From NCBI RefSeq assembly GCF_018977255.1, contig NW_024704742.1, forward strand, positions 78,556,001-78,620,000: a DNA stretch of 64,000 nt, written 5' to 3'. The DNA is from Callorhinchus milii (Eukaryota). Below are positions 13,401 to 28,400 of the stretch, one piece after another (position 1 is the first letter of the stretch; each line of letters opens with the position of its first letter). The position numbers and the translations under genes were made by a program. Below the pieces are notes generated by a model. The model did not search any database, was not told where the DNA came from, and saw only the letters and a program-made list of their open reading frames with translations.

Positions 13401-16400
13401 GGGATTACCTTTCAGTGGTCCTCTCTTTCTGAAATCTTGATTTTCAGACGTATCTGCTAACTTCCAGTTGTACTTTTTTGCCGGCTCTTCGTTCACGTAG
13501 TACGTCTCGACGTTGGCTTTATCTGCCTTAATGTCCACGTAATTTGCCGAATGTTTATTTCGGTCCTTTTCCTTTACATTTTTATTTTCCGGCCGTTTCA
13601 TAAATAAAAGAGTGGGTAACTTGATTAGAAACATTTTCTTCACCCATTCAGGCATCGTGTGGGTGCTGGGTGACCGATGGTGGACGTTCAATACACAGAC
13701 ACTGGTGACTATTGAAAAGGTTACCAGTACCATGGCAAACATGAGATACTTGCCTATCAGTGGCACGTCCAGTGATGTTGGTGGGACAATCTTAGAGATA
13801 AGCAGTAAGAACACAGTTAATGCCAATAGGACAGAGATGCATAATGTCATCTTTTCTCCACAATCGGAGGGTAGGTAGAAAACCAAAATTGCAAGAGATG
13901 TGATTAGCACACAGGGGATTATTAGATTAATGGTGTAAAACAGCGGCTTCCTCTTGATGATAAAATCATATGTGATATCAACATATGTTGGATCTGTTGG
14001 AATTTCATTCCTTCTTCCTGGGAGAGATACAATATCCCATTCACCACTTGGCGTGAAGTCATCTCTACTTGCAAAATCACTGCTTAAAACAAGATCGATT
14101 TCAGTGTGATCGTAAGTCCACGATCGGAATTTCAGAGTACAGTTTTGCTGGTCAAAAGGGAAGTGCTTGACTTCAATTTTACAAGCACTCTTGTAGATTG
14201 CAGGGGGAAGCCAGAAGATATCTCCATTATTGTACACAATTGCGTTTGTATATAGGGACACTTCGTAGGTTCCATCCGCACTGATCCAGAAAAATAAAAG
14301 AAAACACTACGGTTAGTTAAATGTAATCTTCTTCCCTGTTTCATCTCTTTCTTCCCCATTTTGTAGCCACTTTGTTCTTGTTCTTGGATCTTGCTTTCCA
14401 AATTCCTCCATTTTCACCCTATCTTTATGCTTTAAAGATCAATCTAAAAACAATAACAATTCACATTTATATAACACCTTTAACATGGGAAGGACATCTC
14501 AAAGTGCTTCACACAGCTGCCTGGGACCCCAAGCTGGCAATGAGGAGATTTCGGAAGGGTGCCAGGTGGAGTGAGGAATGTAATTGAATGGGTGGTCAAA
14601 AAGATATGTGTTAAGGAGAGCTTTTAGACTATATCTGTCCTGAGATGTGGCTGGAATATACCCAGTATTCCATCAGTGGGATAGGGGAACAAGGTGGTAT
14701 TGACCAAGCTTGTGGGATATTTGAACAGGTCTTAACTGCAGTCGAAATACACATGGCGAGAGGAACCACAATCTGGGAGGCCATTAGAGAGTTTGAAAAT
14801 GCTATTTTAAGAACGTTGCAGTAAGAGAACTATAAGCCACATTGCTAGAAAGGGGCTTGAAGAGATATTGTCCATTGATAAAGGATGTATTAGCATTTTT
14901 TTCAAGAGAGTAATCATAACAGAGCAAATCACAGGAAAGTTTGGGATGAACCTATAAACCTTTAATCTTAAAAAAAACCAATAATAATTTGGTCACTTCA
15001 ATCCAGATGTTTGTGGGACACTGCTGCGTGCAATTGGCTGCCGTGTTTTGCCCACAAATAAACAGTCAATTCACTTTACAGTAAATTCTGTGAAACGCTT
15101 TGAGACGTCGAGAAGATGTGAAAAGCGCTATATCAAATGCAAGGATTATTATTGTTATTAAAAGTGAAGACAGAGATCAATAATCCCTCCAAAAAAACAA
15201 AAACAATAATAAATCGGTCATTTTCAATCCACGACTGTTTGTGGGACATTGCTGTGCGCAATTGGCTGCCGCGCTCGCTCACAAATATACAGTCAATTTC
15301 ACCTTACAGTGTGTTCTGTGAAGCGCTTTGGGACGTCCTCCCGACGTGAAAAGCACTATATCAAAATGCAAGGATTATTATTATTATCAAGGGACTCCAG
15401 GATGGAGTTCCAGAGATTGGGAGCAGAATGACTGAAAGCTTACCCACTGAAGGTGGGGTGTGTGGAGCAGGGGATAGGAAGTAAACAGTATTCACGGACC
15501 GAAGGGAATCAAATCAGACTCAGAGTTGGATCATGGGAGATTTGGAGCTGGGAAAAACATAATTTTTGCAATATTGCTTGCCTCAGGAGACAAATTTGTG
15601 TAAAAAAAACATTAAAGGAGACATATTAGGATTCATTAAACATCCACCAAGGAAACCAGTTCAAAGTAAAAAACAAGAATCACATGAACTTGCTTTGATA
15701 CATGGCTCGTCACTTGGTGTCTGCTCTCGGTTCCTCCCCACAGTGGCTGAGGGAGGCTCGAATCATCTGTTCTGACGGTGAACCATGAAAAGCTTCCCTC
15801 ACTTCTCTCTCTCTCTGCGCTCTCTCTCTCATTGTTTCCTTCTCTCCCTCATGTTCTCTCTCTCTCTTTCTCTCTCTCTCGCTCTCTCTTTCAATAATCA
15901 CTCTCTCCGGGAAAGGAGGCAGCGAGTGGCCCGAAGTTGCAAATGGTCTTGGGCCGAATTAAATCATCCACCGGGCCAGATGTGGCCCTCTGGCTGCCTG
16001 TTGGACCGCACTGATCTCAACTACTACTGAATAGTAATTCGGGGGGAACAGTGCATTGTCAGAGCTGTTATCTTTCAGGTGAGATGTTAAACTGAGGTCC
16101 CATCTAACTGTTCAGTAGGAAGTTAAAGATTCCATGTCACAATTTGATACGAAAAGGAAGTTTCTCTCAGACGTGTCCAAACTAAGTACTCTGGGACACT
16201 GCCCTGTGTGAGGGGCACTATCTAAATGGAAGCTGCAGTAGTAGTTGTTGTAGACTGACAATACTCCAAAATAGAATTGGTTATTCATTTCATAACTTTT
16301 TGAGAGATATTGAGACATTTCATGGTTTAAGACCATCAAAATATCTAAATATATCAAACATCTTTGCTATATCAAAAGCAAGGTTTATATTATTTTTTAT

Positions 16401-19400
16401 ATAATAGTTACAACTTACTTGTTGTACAACACTATGTCCGGCAGCCAAATATGACGCGAGGATAATCTCAGTTGGTCAACTCCTTCGTACTGTACTGGTT
16501 CCCACCTCAGTCGATAATCGTTCCACTCCTGGTTCAACAAGAAACCCAACAATAGCAGGCACAGATTATCAGATAACCCTCATGATTTACTTGATACCAT
16601 TACAGAATAGATTGATGTGATGAGAGTCACGATGAAAAGAATATAACGGTTAGTTCAGTGGAGTCCTGTGGCTCAGTGGTTAGAGCACTCGCTTTGCAAG
16701 CGAGAGACCTGAGTTCAATTCCAGGCAGAGGGCGAAACCTTGGGCAAGTTTCCTTACTCCACACGTCTAATAATAATCCCTCCAAAAAACAAAACAATAA
16801 TAAATTGGTCATTTTCAATCTACGACTGTTTGTGGGACATTGCTGTGCGCAATTGGCTGCCGCGTTCGCCCACAAATATAGAGTCAATTAACTTTACAGT
16901 GTGTTCTGTGAAGCGCTTTGGGACGTCTAGAAGACGTGAAAAGCACTATATCAAATGCAAGGATTATTATTATTAAATTGTGGACTGCTGTTATTCTAAT
17001 TCACCGCCAGTTATGGGTTTCCTGCCTTACTCAAAGGTAGTTGTAGAAACAGATTCATACCTTCACCAGAAGGCTTTGAGCCAAAAGCAATTTTGAGGAG
17101 ATACAGGGGTGATAAGTAATCTCTGGTCTGTTACAGCACTAAGGAGCCATATGTAGTAAGGTCAAATCCTGGCTTGTGCTGATTTGGTTGATCTCAGCCA
17201 GGGCAACAATTGACAACATGTCCTTCAGTTGAGGAGAACCTGCTTCTATTCATTATCTGGTGACTACTGCTGGTAGGTGCAATCGTATAAATATTTAGAG
17301 AAGGCAGGAATGATCTTGCCTGCAATAACCCAAAACTAAAGTAGCCTTGGTATGCTCACTGTTGAGATTCATTCTTCCTCATGAGGTGGGTGAGTAAATT
17401 GTCGGGAAAAAGTATTAAGTAAGCAATTTTGGTGGCAGATTTCCCATTAAATCAAAGCATTCTGTCTCAGACAAGAACAACGACAGTATATAAGATGCGT
17501 ATTTAGTTGCAGGTGGAATTTTTCCTCTAATTCTGATTAGATGGAGACAGAGAGGTAATATTTTGTCACATTCAGACATAATTATATATCTAAGCAAATA
17601 TGGCAAGAATCTGGATAAAATTCCAAATTCCACACCACACTTAATCAATGACCAAACACTTATGTGAAACATACTAAGAAATTCCAGTATATAAAGGGTC
17701 TGATTATAAAGGATCTTTGCTAAATCAATTTTGTTTTCTCTCAGCATGCAATTAGCAGCAATGATCTATGGCATTAAGTTAGACAGAACCTATTACTTCT
17801 GAAATACAAAAACATACAAAATGACAATTATATAGCGCCTTTCACATCAGGAGGACATCCCAAGGCGCTGGACAATCTGTGTTTTGGACCTGAGATGGGA
17901 GTCAGGATCATGGAGGGTGAAGCAGGGGGGTAGGTGGGTGACTGGAGGTACAGTCGAAGAGGAGGGTCTTGAGACGGGTCTTGAAGGAGGCAAGGGAGGG
18001 AGCGAGGCAGAGGGACTGTGGGATGGAGTTCCAGAGGGTGGGGGCAGAGTGACTGAAGGCCTCCTCACCAATCGTTGGGCGGGCGAGGTGGTGGATGTGG
18101 AGCAGGCTGGAGCCCGCTGAGCGGACAGAGTGGGCAATTTGGTAGGGGGTTAGGTAGTTGCAGAGGTAGGGGGGAGCAAGATCATGGAGGGCTTTGAAAG
18201 TGATGACCAGGATCTTGAACTGTATCCTCTGTGTGATGGGAAGCCAGTGGAGTTGGGTGAGGATGGGAGTGATAAGGTCGCGTGCTTAGTGCAGGAGAGG
18301 ACACGGGCTGCAGAGTTCTGGATGATCTACAGCCTATGGAGGGAGGAGCTGGGGAGGCCGACAAGCAGGAAGGGTCATAGGGTGGAATTCTAATATATTT
18401 GTTGGACTGAGAGTTTCCCTGGAAACTCCTTAAATAGCTCACTAATCATCAGTAATTACTAAGAGTAATTGTGTCCCAGTCAATGCAGAATGAACAACAA
18501 ACAAACCTCAACCATTGAAATCACACCCTCCAATACCTTTACCAGTTAGCAATTTCTTGTAAATGTTATTCTGCATGTTTCTCCCGGCCCAATTCTAGAC
18601 TTCTACAATGGGTGTGATGGTCATGTGCCTCAAGCCAAACAAAGTTATGCAACCTATAAAATATATACTGTTTCACATGAGCTCAATCTTACAGCTCCCT
18701 CTCTGGCTCAAACCTATTTTGTTATGTGTAATATGAAAGAAAATAAAGGTTTTTTTTGAAGAAGGTTTCAAAATCATGAGGTTGGACTAGATGAAGATGG
18801 CCCTTCAGCTCAACTGATCTCATAGCCTACCTAGTCTTGCATACTGTCCTCCCACCACTGCATCAAGCTGCTTTTTAAATGAGTCCAGAGTCCTGGTCTC
18901 AACCACTCAACCATAGTAACCTGTTCCAGTCGTTCATTACCTTCTGAGATAAGAAAAACTTTCTTGCATCTGTCCTGGAATTTCCCTTTGCAACTCTAAA
19001 TCTATGTCCTATTATTCTTGTCCTGTTTTTGCTTTTTCAAATCCCAAGTGCAGGATCAAGCTGTGAGGTGGGTTTGTGGCAAACATGGGAAGAGGCTACA
19101 AGGAAGGAGGGCTCCTTCATTGTTAAACTTTAGCTTAGCTTAATTCAGGAAGCACCAAACTGTTCCTAGCAATTGGTTAAACTGCAGGTAAAATACTGAG
19201 TGATAAAGCCGACTCAGTGCACTGATGTGTGGCTCCTTAGTCTCAGCTGCATCTTCCCTTAACTCAGCACATTTCTCTCTGGCTGTCTGCTCTGGGGAAC
19301 TCAATTTTTCTGTCAAAATGAATCCCAGAGGCCAAGAGATGAATAGAACCAGGAAGAGCTTTCACTTACTTTTGCACTCTGAGTATCTGGAGAGTTTAAA

Positions 19401-22400
19401 GAGCCTTAGAGAGTTCAGGCAACCAGTAACAGATTACGGACTCCATCTGCACACTTCCAGTATCTAAACCATCAGATTTAACGAGAGTGTGCAGATACAG
19501 CTGTAACAAATTTCTATGCAGGAAGGTTAGGTGAATAATTTGTGTCTGCAACAAATAGACATCAAATTAGCACTGAGAAACAATGGCACAGTGGGGGATA
19601 AACAGCAGCCTATTTAAGATAACACCAAACTCAATGCAGTTACATGTGTGTGAGAGAGTGAGATAGAGTGAGAGTGTGTTAGCGTGAGAGTGTGTTAGCG
19701 TGAATTGATGATACCACATCCAGGATACAAGAAATGTCACTCTGGGGTTCGGTGGACTGCTTTTTTTTATGCAGGTGTTAATGCTTTGTTTTTTATTCTA
19801 CATGTGAATAAACCACTGTTTTAAGTTCCTAAAAGTGACTTCAACGGTTGTTTGGGGGCCACAATCACTCATACCCCTTCTTTCCATTCTGTAGTTTTAA
19901 GTTTTTTTTATATGTATATAAAATATTTAGGGCTTTAGAAGGTAGTTGAGCCATTGAATAAACTGCAGGAAAAAGTCTCAGTCACAAGTGGAACTGCAAC
20001 CACTGACTGAGCAACTAGATTCAAAGTAAAAAAGACACAGTTGCTCAGTTTCAAGATCTTGACTTTGTGGAGCAAAGAAGAACAGTATAAGTTGTGTTAT
20101 CTGGGAAGTGGACCTTTATCCTGCAGTGCATATCATCGATTGCCACCAGGAGGGCACTCAACCCATGTAGAAAAATAACTCTTTCCTTCTCGATACTAAA
20201 AGCGTTTTTGAACATAGTTTTGACCTTTTTACTTTCAGCATGACTGGAGTCCTTTGCTGTTGGGGCCAGAGATAAAGGCTGCAATGCCAGCTGCAGGAGG
20301 CCCGGTAGCACAATCTTTGAGCAGTAGTGAAGGCCAGCTCTTCTCCACAGCTGGCAATCCTGCTAATTGAGAATATCAAGTAGAGGATTCACAGGACTGT
20401 GTATTGATGGGCCATTTCCTGGAGCACATTTTTCCCAGTCTTACCAAGATGGGGAAAGACATTTGGAATTCTGTCAACAGCCCACTTAGTGAGTGTTAAA
20501 ATCTGCTCACTGTGAAATACAAACACGATCACAAACTTTTGATGGTCGGTAGTCTTGAATAGTTTCAGCTTTTTTTTGGGTTGTTTCGTTAGGGTGAATT
20601 ATTTTGTTGTACCAGGTCACACGCTGACCACAGAAAGAGTAGGTATTTATCTTGTTTCAAGGCTTGTGCCAGCGTTGCTCTGAACTGAGCCTGTGCACAT
20701 CTGCTGGAGTGGGCAAGAGGAAACTATATATCATGATCTCATCATGTAAGTCTTATCATTTCATGTACTTGTGCTCTGGTCAAGCCATACCTCGAGTCCT
20801 ATGTATAGTTCAGATTACCATCACATGGGGAGCTGCCCAGGTCCTAGAGGGAGTGCAGATGAGAGCAATGTCTTCTCATCTCAATCTTAAAGCTATAAGC
20901 AATGATCTGAAAGCTAGGGGTTTTCAATCTTAAAAGGAGATGTCTCAAAGGGCTAGAGGTATTTACGATTTTGAATGAGATTGACAAAGTAAATCAAAGT
21001 TGGATGCACCAAGATAGTGGAACACGATCACACAGGATTAGTGTTGCAAATCACCACTGGAATTTAATTTTATGGATAGCCATTTATTCATAAGGCATTT
21101 CCATACAGTAACTCTGACATTATTTAGCACTAACAAAAGTGAAACTTTTCTTCTCCTGTGTTGGTATTTTGTTTCAACCAACATCTTCAGAAGTAAAATG
21201 CCTGAATATATTTATTAGTTTGTGCCATCTTTTGTGCAGCATGAAATATTCATTTGAGTCGTAGATATATTTGCATCCATGGTTTTAAATAGTTGAGTGC
21301 ATCTTACAAAGTAATCCAAGACAAAGTTTGACAGAGAGAGAAGGATTTACTCTGTACATAATTTATACTAACCTGAGTCAACCAGACATTTGTCGTCATT
21401 ATTTGTTCTCTCTCATTCTGGAAAGGAAGCATAATCACTCAGTTATGTATTTATAAATTATTTTCAACAACAACAACTTGCATTTATATAGCACCCTCCA
21501 CAACGAGCGGCAACCCAGAGCGCTTAACAACAGTGGAGCCCAATTCCGAACTGGGGGAAGGGGAAAGAGGAATATAGGTGTGGTCGAAGAGGAATATCTT
21601 CAGGCGCAACCTGAAAATGGTGAAAGAGGGGGCAATGCAAAGGGATTGAGGGAGGGAGTTCCATAGCTTCGGGGCGTAGTCGCTGAAGGCATGGCGCTAA
21701 TGGTGGAGCGGAGGATTCGAAGAACAAGGAGGAGGCAAGAGCCAGTAGAGCGGAGGCAGTGGGTAGTGCTGTGAGGAGGAGGTTGAAGAGATATTTTCAA
21801 ATCATGTACTTAAAGACGCAATCATGCAAATTCCTAAATTGTCTAATCAGTGCAATAAAAACAAATCTAAAGCAATTTTACATCAGAACGGAATAACCCA
21901 AAGTACTTTAAGCATGTAACAAGAAGCAAAGGTCCCTAATTAGCTTAAGTGGAAGTCTTTTCCGAATTTCTCTCTGATGCACACACACTGCAGAGTCCAG
22001 AAGAAGCAGGAGACAGGATAGGACATTGAAAGGCACTGTTTCAATATGCTGGATGTGCTTTCACTTACTGGTTTGCAAGTTAGGTTAACAACCTATATGT
22101 GAAAATTTCAGATTGTGCTAACCTTGTGCAAAAGCATGGCCACAGAGGGAATTACAGATGCTCATGATTATGCAATTAACAACCAATGGAAAGAATTTCA
22201 GAATTGTCATAAACCTTTGGTTTTATTCGCTAATGACTTATCTCACGGCATCCCTCTGTACACTTGTTTTTCCACATCAAAGAATCACAAGAGTGACACA
22301 TCAGCAGGAGGCTAATTAACCCACGAGTGCATGCTAGTACATTTATAGAAACAACTAACTATTGGTCCAGAAAGGCACAATATCAAAAACTCAAAGCACT

Positions 22401-25400
22401 GGCATAAACTAGTTGCATCGAATTACCTCTTTCCATGCTCTAAAATTCCATATAATTGTGCATGAACTGGAAACAGCCTCCACCCCCTGACAGTTCACAA
22501 TGGTTGTGCGCAGAAGTCAACTGCACATAAAACTTCTGGCTAGCGGCAGTCAAATGCTGTGTAACTTGCCAGACAGTGCTGTTAATGGCATGCTTTGCAG
22601 TTTTAGCTGGTTAGACTCCAGCAGCACTACAACACCCACTGTGTGAGCCCAAACATTGGCTCTGCATCTAATACTCTCTGGAACTGTGAAGCAGGATGCA
22701 TCCCTCCAAGGAGAGTGTGAGCACTCCATTCCAATATAAGATGGGATGCATGGAACTCTCAGTCTGGTTTGGATACTCTTCTGCATGGTGATGAGTTTCC
22801 GCATGTGTCAGACACCCGCTGACCATAAAAAAATACACAAGTTGGAAGTCCAATGTGTGGGTAGATTTGCAACACTGCAAATGGCATTGAGGAAGGGTTG
22901 GGTGTCCAGCTCAAATGGACTAATTAATAGGTCACACAGCAATTAATCCACACCAACTAAATAATGGTACCAAAACAATAATGTTAAGCACATTGTGATG
23001 GCTTCCTGATGTGAAAAGCGCTCTATAAATGTTAACTTGTATTGTATTTGTAATCCTTTCTTCAATGATATGTTAATTAGCATCATCAGTGTTAATGAAC
23101 ACATCGCCCATTATTATTATCACCCCTCTGCGAATGTTTTCCTTTTTTTTGCATAGGAAATAGCCAGACAAACTGATTTTTTCGAGTCCTATGTGCTCCT
23201 GTTACTGTGAAAGTGAGCAGATCATAGACGCAGATTTTTTGAACTGCAGCAATGTGCACTCACCACACTTATTAACTGTGAAAGGGAGACTTTTATAGCG
23301 ATTGTCACCATCTCACTGCTGTTCTTTGCCGGTCTGATAAGCTTATTGTATCGATCAGCATGTAAAAGATAGTCCGCCAACCGCTCTTCTGCATTTGGAG
23401 CCAAGGTGGCTGGAAGAAGAAAGCAAAACCACATAACCTTTCAGAACCTTTACACAAGAAGGGTTCTTTATACAATAAAACTTTCATATTTCGTTGATAA
23501 ATTTTATGCTCGTCAAGGTGGAGGATTTCAGTCCCGAGAACAGTTTCCAATTGTATATATCATCTCAATTCAGGGCTGTTGCCAATTCAAGTATCTGATG
23601 AATCAAGTGTAGAATAAAGCTCCTTTTAGAACAACCTCTCCGCCCCCTCCCATATCAAAATAACTGTAACATTCACATTTACCAGCAACAACCATCTTTG
23701 CAGTCTCGCTGAGATTACCAATTTGCAAATTAAGTTCTGCCTCCAAATTCAAGGTGCATTTCAGAATTTTCTACAATTCTAGAATTTTCTGAAATGGCCT
23801 TGCAACAACTAAGACATCAGCTAAGACAAGGTGGAATTTCAGGCTTGTCTCCCCCTCCCCTCAATATTTCTTCTCTTTGAGACTGACAATTTAATGACAA
23901 TTTGTATCACAAAAGTGTTCAGATTTGTACATTTGGAACATAGGAACAAGAGTAGGCGATTCAGCTCTGCAATGCTGTTCTGCCATTCTATTAGTTCATG
24001 GCTTAGGTGTATCTCAATCGACCAGTAACTGGGTTCCTACTTACTGCTAGGCAAACAAAGGCGTGTGGAGGAAGGAAACTTGCCCAACGTTTCGCCCTCC
24101 CAGGGAATAGAACCCAGGTCTCTTTCTTGCGAGGCGAGTGCTCTAATCACTGAGCTACACGACTCCACAATGTGACAGTCCCTTCTAGAGAAAGACATGG
24201 TTTCTTTCACTGCTGTTGCCTTGCCCTAAAGACATAGAAATAGAATATACTAAACCACTGAAACAATTAGAATCAAATTATTAAGCGATAAAATTCCTGA
24301 AGACCATATTTCCTTTTACCTTTAACTTATTTTGTTTTGCTTCAGGCGATACAGTAACATCTTTCTGTTATTGGGAACTGTTGTTTTGTGCTGTGGAGCC
24401 ATTCAGCAAAAATACAGCACTTAAATTCACGAAATATTATGAGTTTAACTATAATAAAATACTTAAATGGCAACAACCCTTTGATAACAGAGAAGGAACT
24501 GAATCCCAACCATCTATCATATCAGGTACTGTACACCGAGATATTAATTAACAAATGTCAAACGCCACAATATACCCCAAGAAGGCAATGCACAAGAGGC
24601 CCTAGGGATTATTGAATTGTGCAATGATTCAGTGAATAATTCATTGCATCCTCATTGACTGGCTGCCTGCAGTTCTGGACAATACATACAGTATTTTACT
24701 GCAGGGAGTTATCTAACTGTTATAAATGTAACTCTTGTAACTAACACAGATAACAGAAGATTTAACATTCCCTTGTTAAATTGAATTTAATGTAACCAAT
24801 GTAAAATTACTATTTGGTCAGTCATCTCTGAATTTAAATATATTTTCAGCAAATGCAATACTCCGATGAAGATTACAGAATTAGGAGTCAATCATCGTTA
24901 TATCTCAGTATAATCTGTGGAATTTCTTATTAAGAAATCAAAGTCACACGAAATAACACACTTGGTAACTGGAAATATATCTCACCAAACCAACTCTGAT
25001 GAAAGCTATTCCAGGGCAGAATTCAGCCGGGCCTCCAACAGGAATACCAACAGAATTCCCTATTAAGGAATCATATTAAGAAATACTGCAATATGCTACA
25101 CTTTACTCCTTCTGGAAAATAAATGTAATAATAGTAATAATCTTTGCATTTGGTATATCATCTAATCATTTGATTTGTGACAATCGTTGAGACATCTCAA
25201 AGCTCTTCAAAAAATGTTGCTGTTGAGTGGAGTGACGGTGTTTGCTGGCAAATGTGGTAGACAATTGACCACAGGAATATCCCACAAACAGCCGTAACGT
25301 CAAATTTTCAGCAGGATTGCTGGTCAACTTCTCATTTTACTCAAAAAGTGAAGTGGAAAGAAAACTCCAAAAACTGGCATTTGAAGAGTTTATATACAGA

Positions 25401-28400
25401 AACCCAATTTTGTGAAACCATTGTACAATTTGGCTGCATGGTGCTTGCAGTGAATTACAAGGGTGTATCAGGTTTTGGCTGTGGATACAATATATTGAAA
25501 GCGATACATATTTAAAGGTTGAAGGAATTGGATAACTCTCAGTTCTATGGATTGTTTGAGCTGGTTGTATAACCTGCTTACTTTGACTAATTCTCTTACT
25601 TGTCTTACCTGGTTTCAGGCTTTTCTGTTGGTTTATTTTTGCTCCTGTGGTTGTCGGGTGACCTAGCAGCAACACATATAAAGGAAGATATTGGATTATC
25701 TTTACAATGTACTGTTATTAAGAATAGAACACATGGTTCATAACAGACAAACATTTAGTGGTCAACCTTAATTGCACAAGAAATGTTAGTTCTTTTGCAA
25801 ATGTTCCCATAAGTGAGAATGAGATGCAAATAAAGAAAATGAAAATAACCATTTTAGAGGATGAATTTCACTGGCTCAAGCTTATTGTTAACCTATAGTA
25901 GAAGAGGGTCACAAGATCATGAGATTGGTCTGGACGAAGAAGGTCCTTCTATTCATCCGATTTCATCCCACCGGAACACCCTTCCTATTGTCTCCCCATC
26001 ACAGCATCAAGCGGTTTTTTAGATTAGTCCAGTGTCCTGGCTTCTACCACTTTTCCTGGCAACCTGTTCCAGTCATTGATTACCCTCTGGGTTTGGAAAG
26101 AAAAAAACTCTGTCAAAAGAAAGAAGCCCAACATATGAAGATTGAATTTTCTTGGTCAATTATAAAACACGTGTCCCTTTTCTGTCCTATTGTCAAGTAA
26201 GATAGATGTAGAGCTCATACTCCAGAGTAAATCCAAAAAGAGCAGATCTTCAGGAGGAACAGAAGGAAACTGGGTAGCTTGAAGACATGGGGAGCATGGC
26301 CTGGGCAGATGGATATGCCAGTTGGGTTCCAGTCAAACTGTGGACTTGTTTAGCACACGTGACAGTTGAGGGAAGTGAGCCAAATAAAGTTTTGTTTGAG
26401 GTAGGCAAAGTCCTATAATGAAGCAAATGTTCTAGAATTCGAACAGGTATTAACAAAATCTATAAAATGGAATTGACTTGGACAATTATAAACTAAGTAT
26501 TACCTTTCTGTCCCATTGTCAAGTAAATTAGCTTTACAGATTTGGATAACTGGATGAGTCACAAGGGTTGCAATAGCTCATGTTTTCAATAATAATTCTT
26601 ACATTTGGATTGCGTGTTTGACACTGGGAGGTGTCCCAAAGCACGTCACAGAATAAATGGTGTGATTATCTTTTTATGGTGATTGCAGAAGTCAATTTGC
26701 ACACAGTCATGACCCACAAACAGCCATGGAGTGAATGATCAATTTTATTTGGGGGATTGTTGGCTAAGACACTGGGAGAAACTTCCTCCTGTTTTAGAAT
26801 AGTGCCATAGGATGTTTAACGTCCACCCAAACAGGCAGATGGGGGCACAGTTTAATATTTCCTCCAAAGGACGACATATCCAACAATGCAATGCACATCC
26901 ACAACACTACTTTTAGCTTAGACTATATGAGTTCCAAGTCCTGACGTAGAGCTTGATCACAAACTTCTGACTCAGAGATGAGCGTGTCACCAACTGTCTT
27001 CTTGGTCACAGTGTTCAAGAATACATGCACATATATTGAATAGATTTAAAATTGCACAACAATATTTAAAGAACGGCAGAAAATCAATTCAACAATTTTA
27101 CAATGATACTAATATAGCTTAAAGGAAATCTAAAATACCATTGATTAGAAATTGCAAAGTAATGTCATTGTACAAAAGATCCAGGATTAAGAATTTATCA
27201 TTTTAAAGCACAATTTGAAGAACTAGGGGCAACACTCAGAGCTGCTCACTTATAGTCTTTAATGTGTCAACTAAAATTCTTTATAATCTCTGGATGATAA
27301 CTAATGGGTTAAATGATAGAGGTAAAAACTGTTGTACAGCATTGCTAAACAACTTCCTTATTAAGAAATGTTATTGAAATGGTTTTTGAAATATTCCCCT
27401 TCCAATTTCTAAATAGTGGCAGTGCCCAAACATGGAGATGAAAAGCCCTGTGTTGGATACTTGCTTAATAGGGATTATGTTAAAGCGCTCACCCCTTAAA
27501 AAGTTCTGAAAGATACTTTTCAGTGTCCGAAAATAATCCCTGCTAAGTGGGAATCCAACATACCAGCACCAACGTTTTTCCAGCTGGGTTTGTATCATGC
27601 CATTAGTCAGAAGTAGGGATAAGAGTATTTTAAAATACATCTTAATGATATTCCTTAAATAAGGATCAGGAATATCACTCCATAGAGTTCAAATTGAAGA
27701 AACTAGTCAGTTAGCACCGATTTAATGGACTTGGTTTTTAATAATAATAATCCTGCGTTTGCATTTTCTATATATCTGGGATTGTTTGGAGTATAAATAA
27801 AATTCTTCAAGAGAGATTGCCTAGTTTCTATGAGTGATCAAGATACAAGGCGTAATGTAGAAATAATGAAGCCTTTGGGGTAAGTGATCACAATGTGATT
27901 GGATTTAAGATTATCTGACATTTAGCACTTGAGAAAAATCTGTGAGTTCAAACAAATTGCAAACTTTAGTGGAATGGAAGAGAAGCTGAAATCATTGAAA
28001 GTTGGGATGAAAAGTAACTTGAAGGGGGGAGGAATTAAACAGTTTTAAAACCCAAATTGTAAATATGCAAGACATATATGTATTGAGGAAACATAAATGT
28101 AAATTGAATAAGCAATTGAATTCAAAAAGATTGGACTTGTTGGAGCTTTTCTCTCTGGAGTTGAAGCAATTTGGATCCAATAGAGGTGTTTAAGGTTATG
28201 AAAGCATTTGACAGGCTGTTTTCACTTGTTGGTGAGTTAAAAACCTTAATATAAATTAGCCAGTGGTAGATCTAAGAGGGTGTTTAGGAGGAAATTCTTC
28301 ATGTAGAATGTAGTTGAAGTAGAAAAGCATGAATATATTTAAGAGAAAATCTGATTCATTCATGAGAGAGAAGGGAATAGAGGAATATAGGTAAGGGGAA

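Noticed and set aside
16658..16732. tRNA-Ala(TGC)-like sequence with a perfect anticodon arm
   Set aside because: No proper acceptor stem, and it continues into a SINE body and tail. It is a SINE head, not a tRNA gene.
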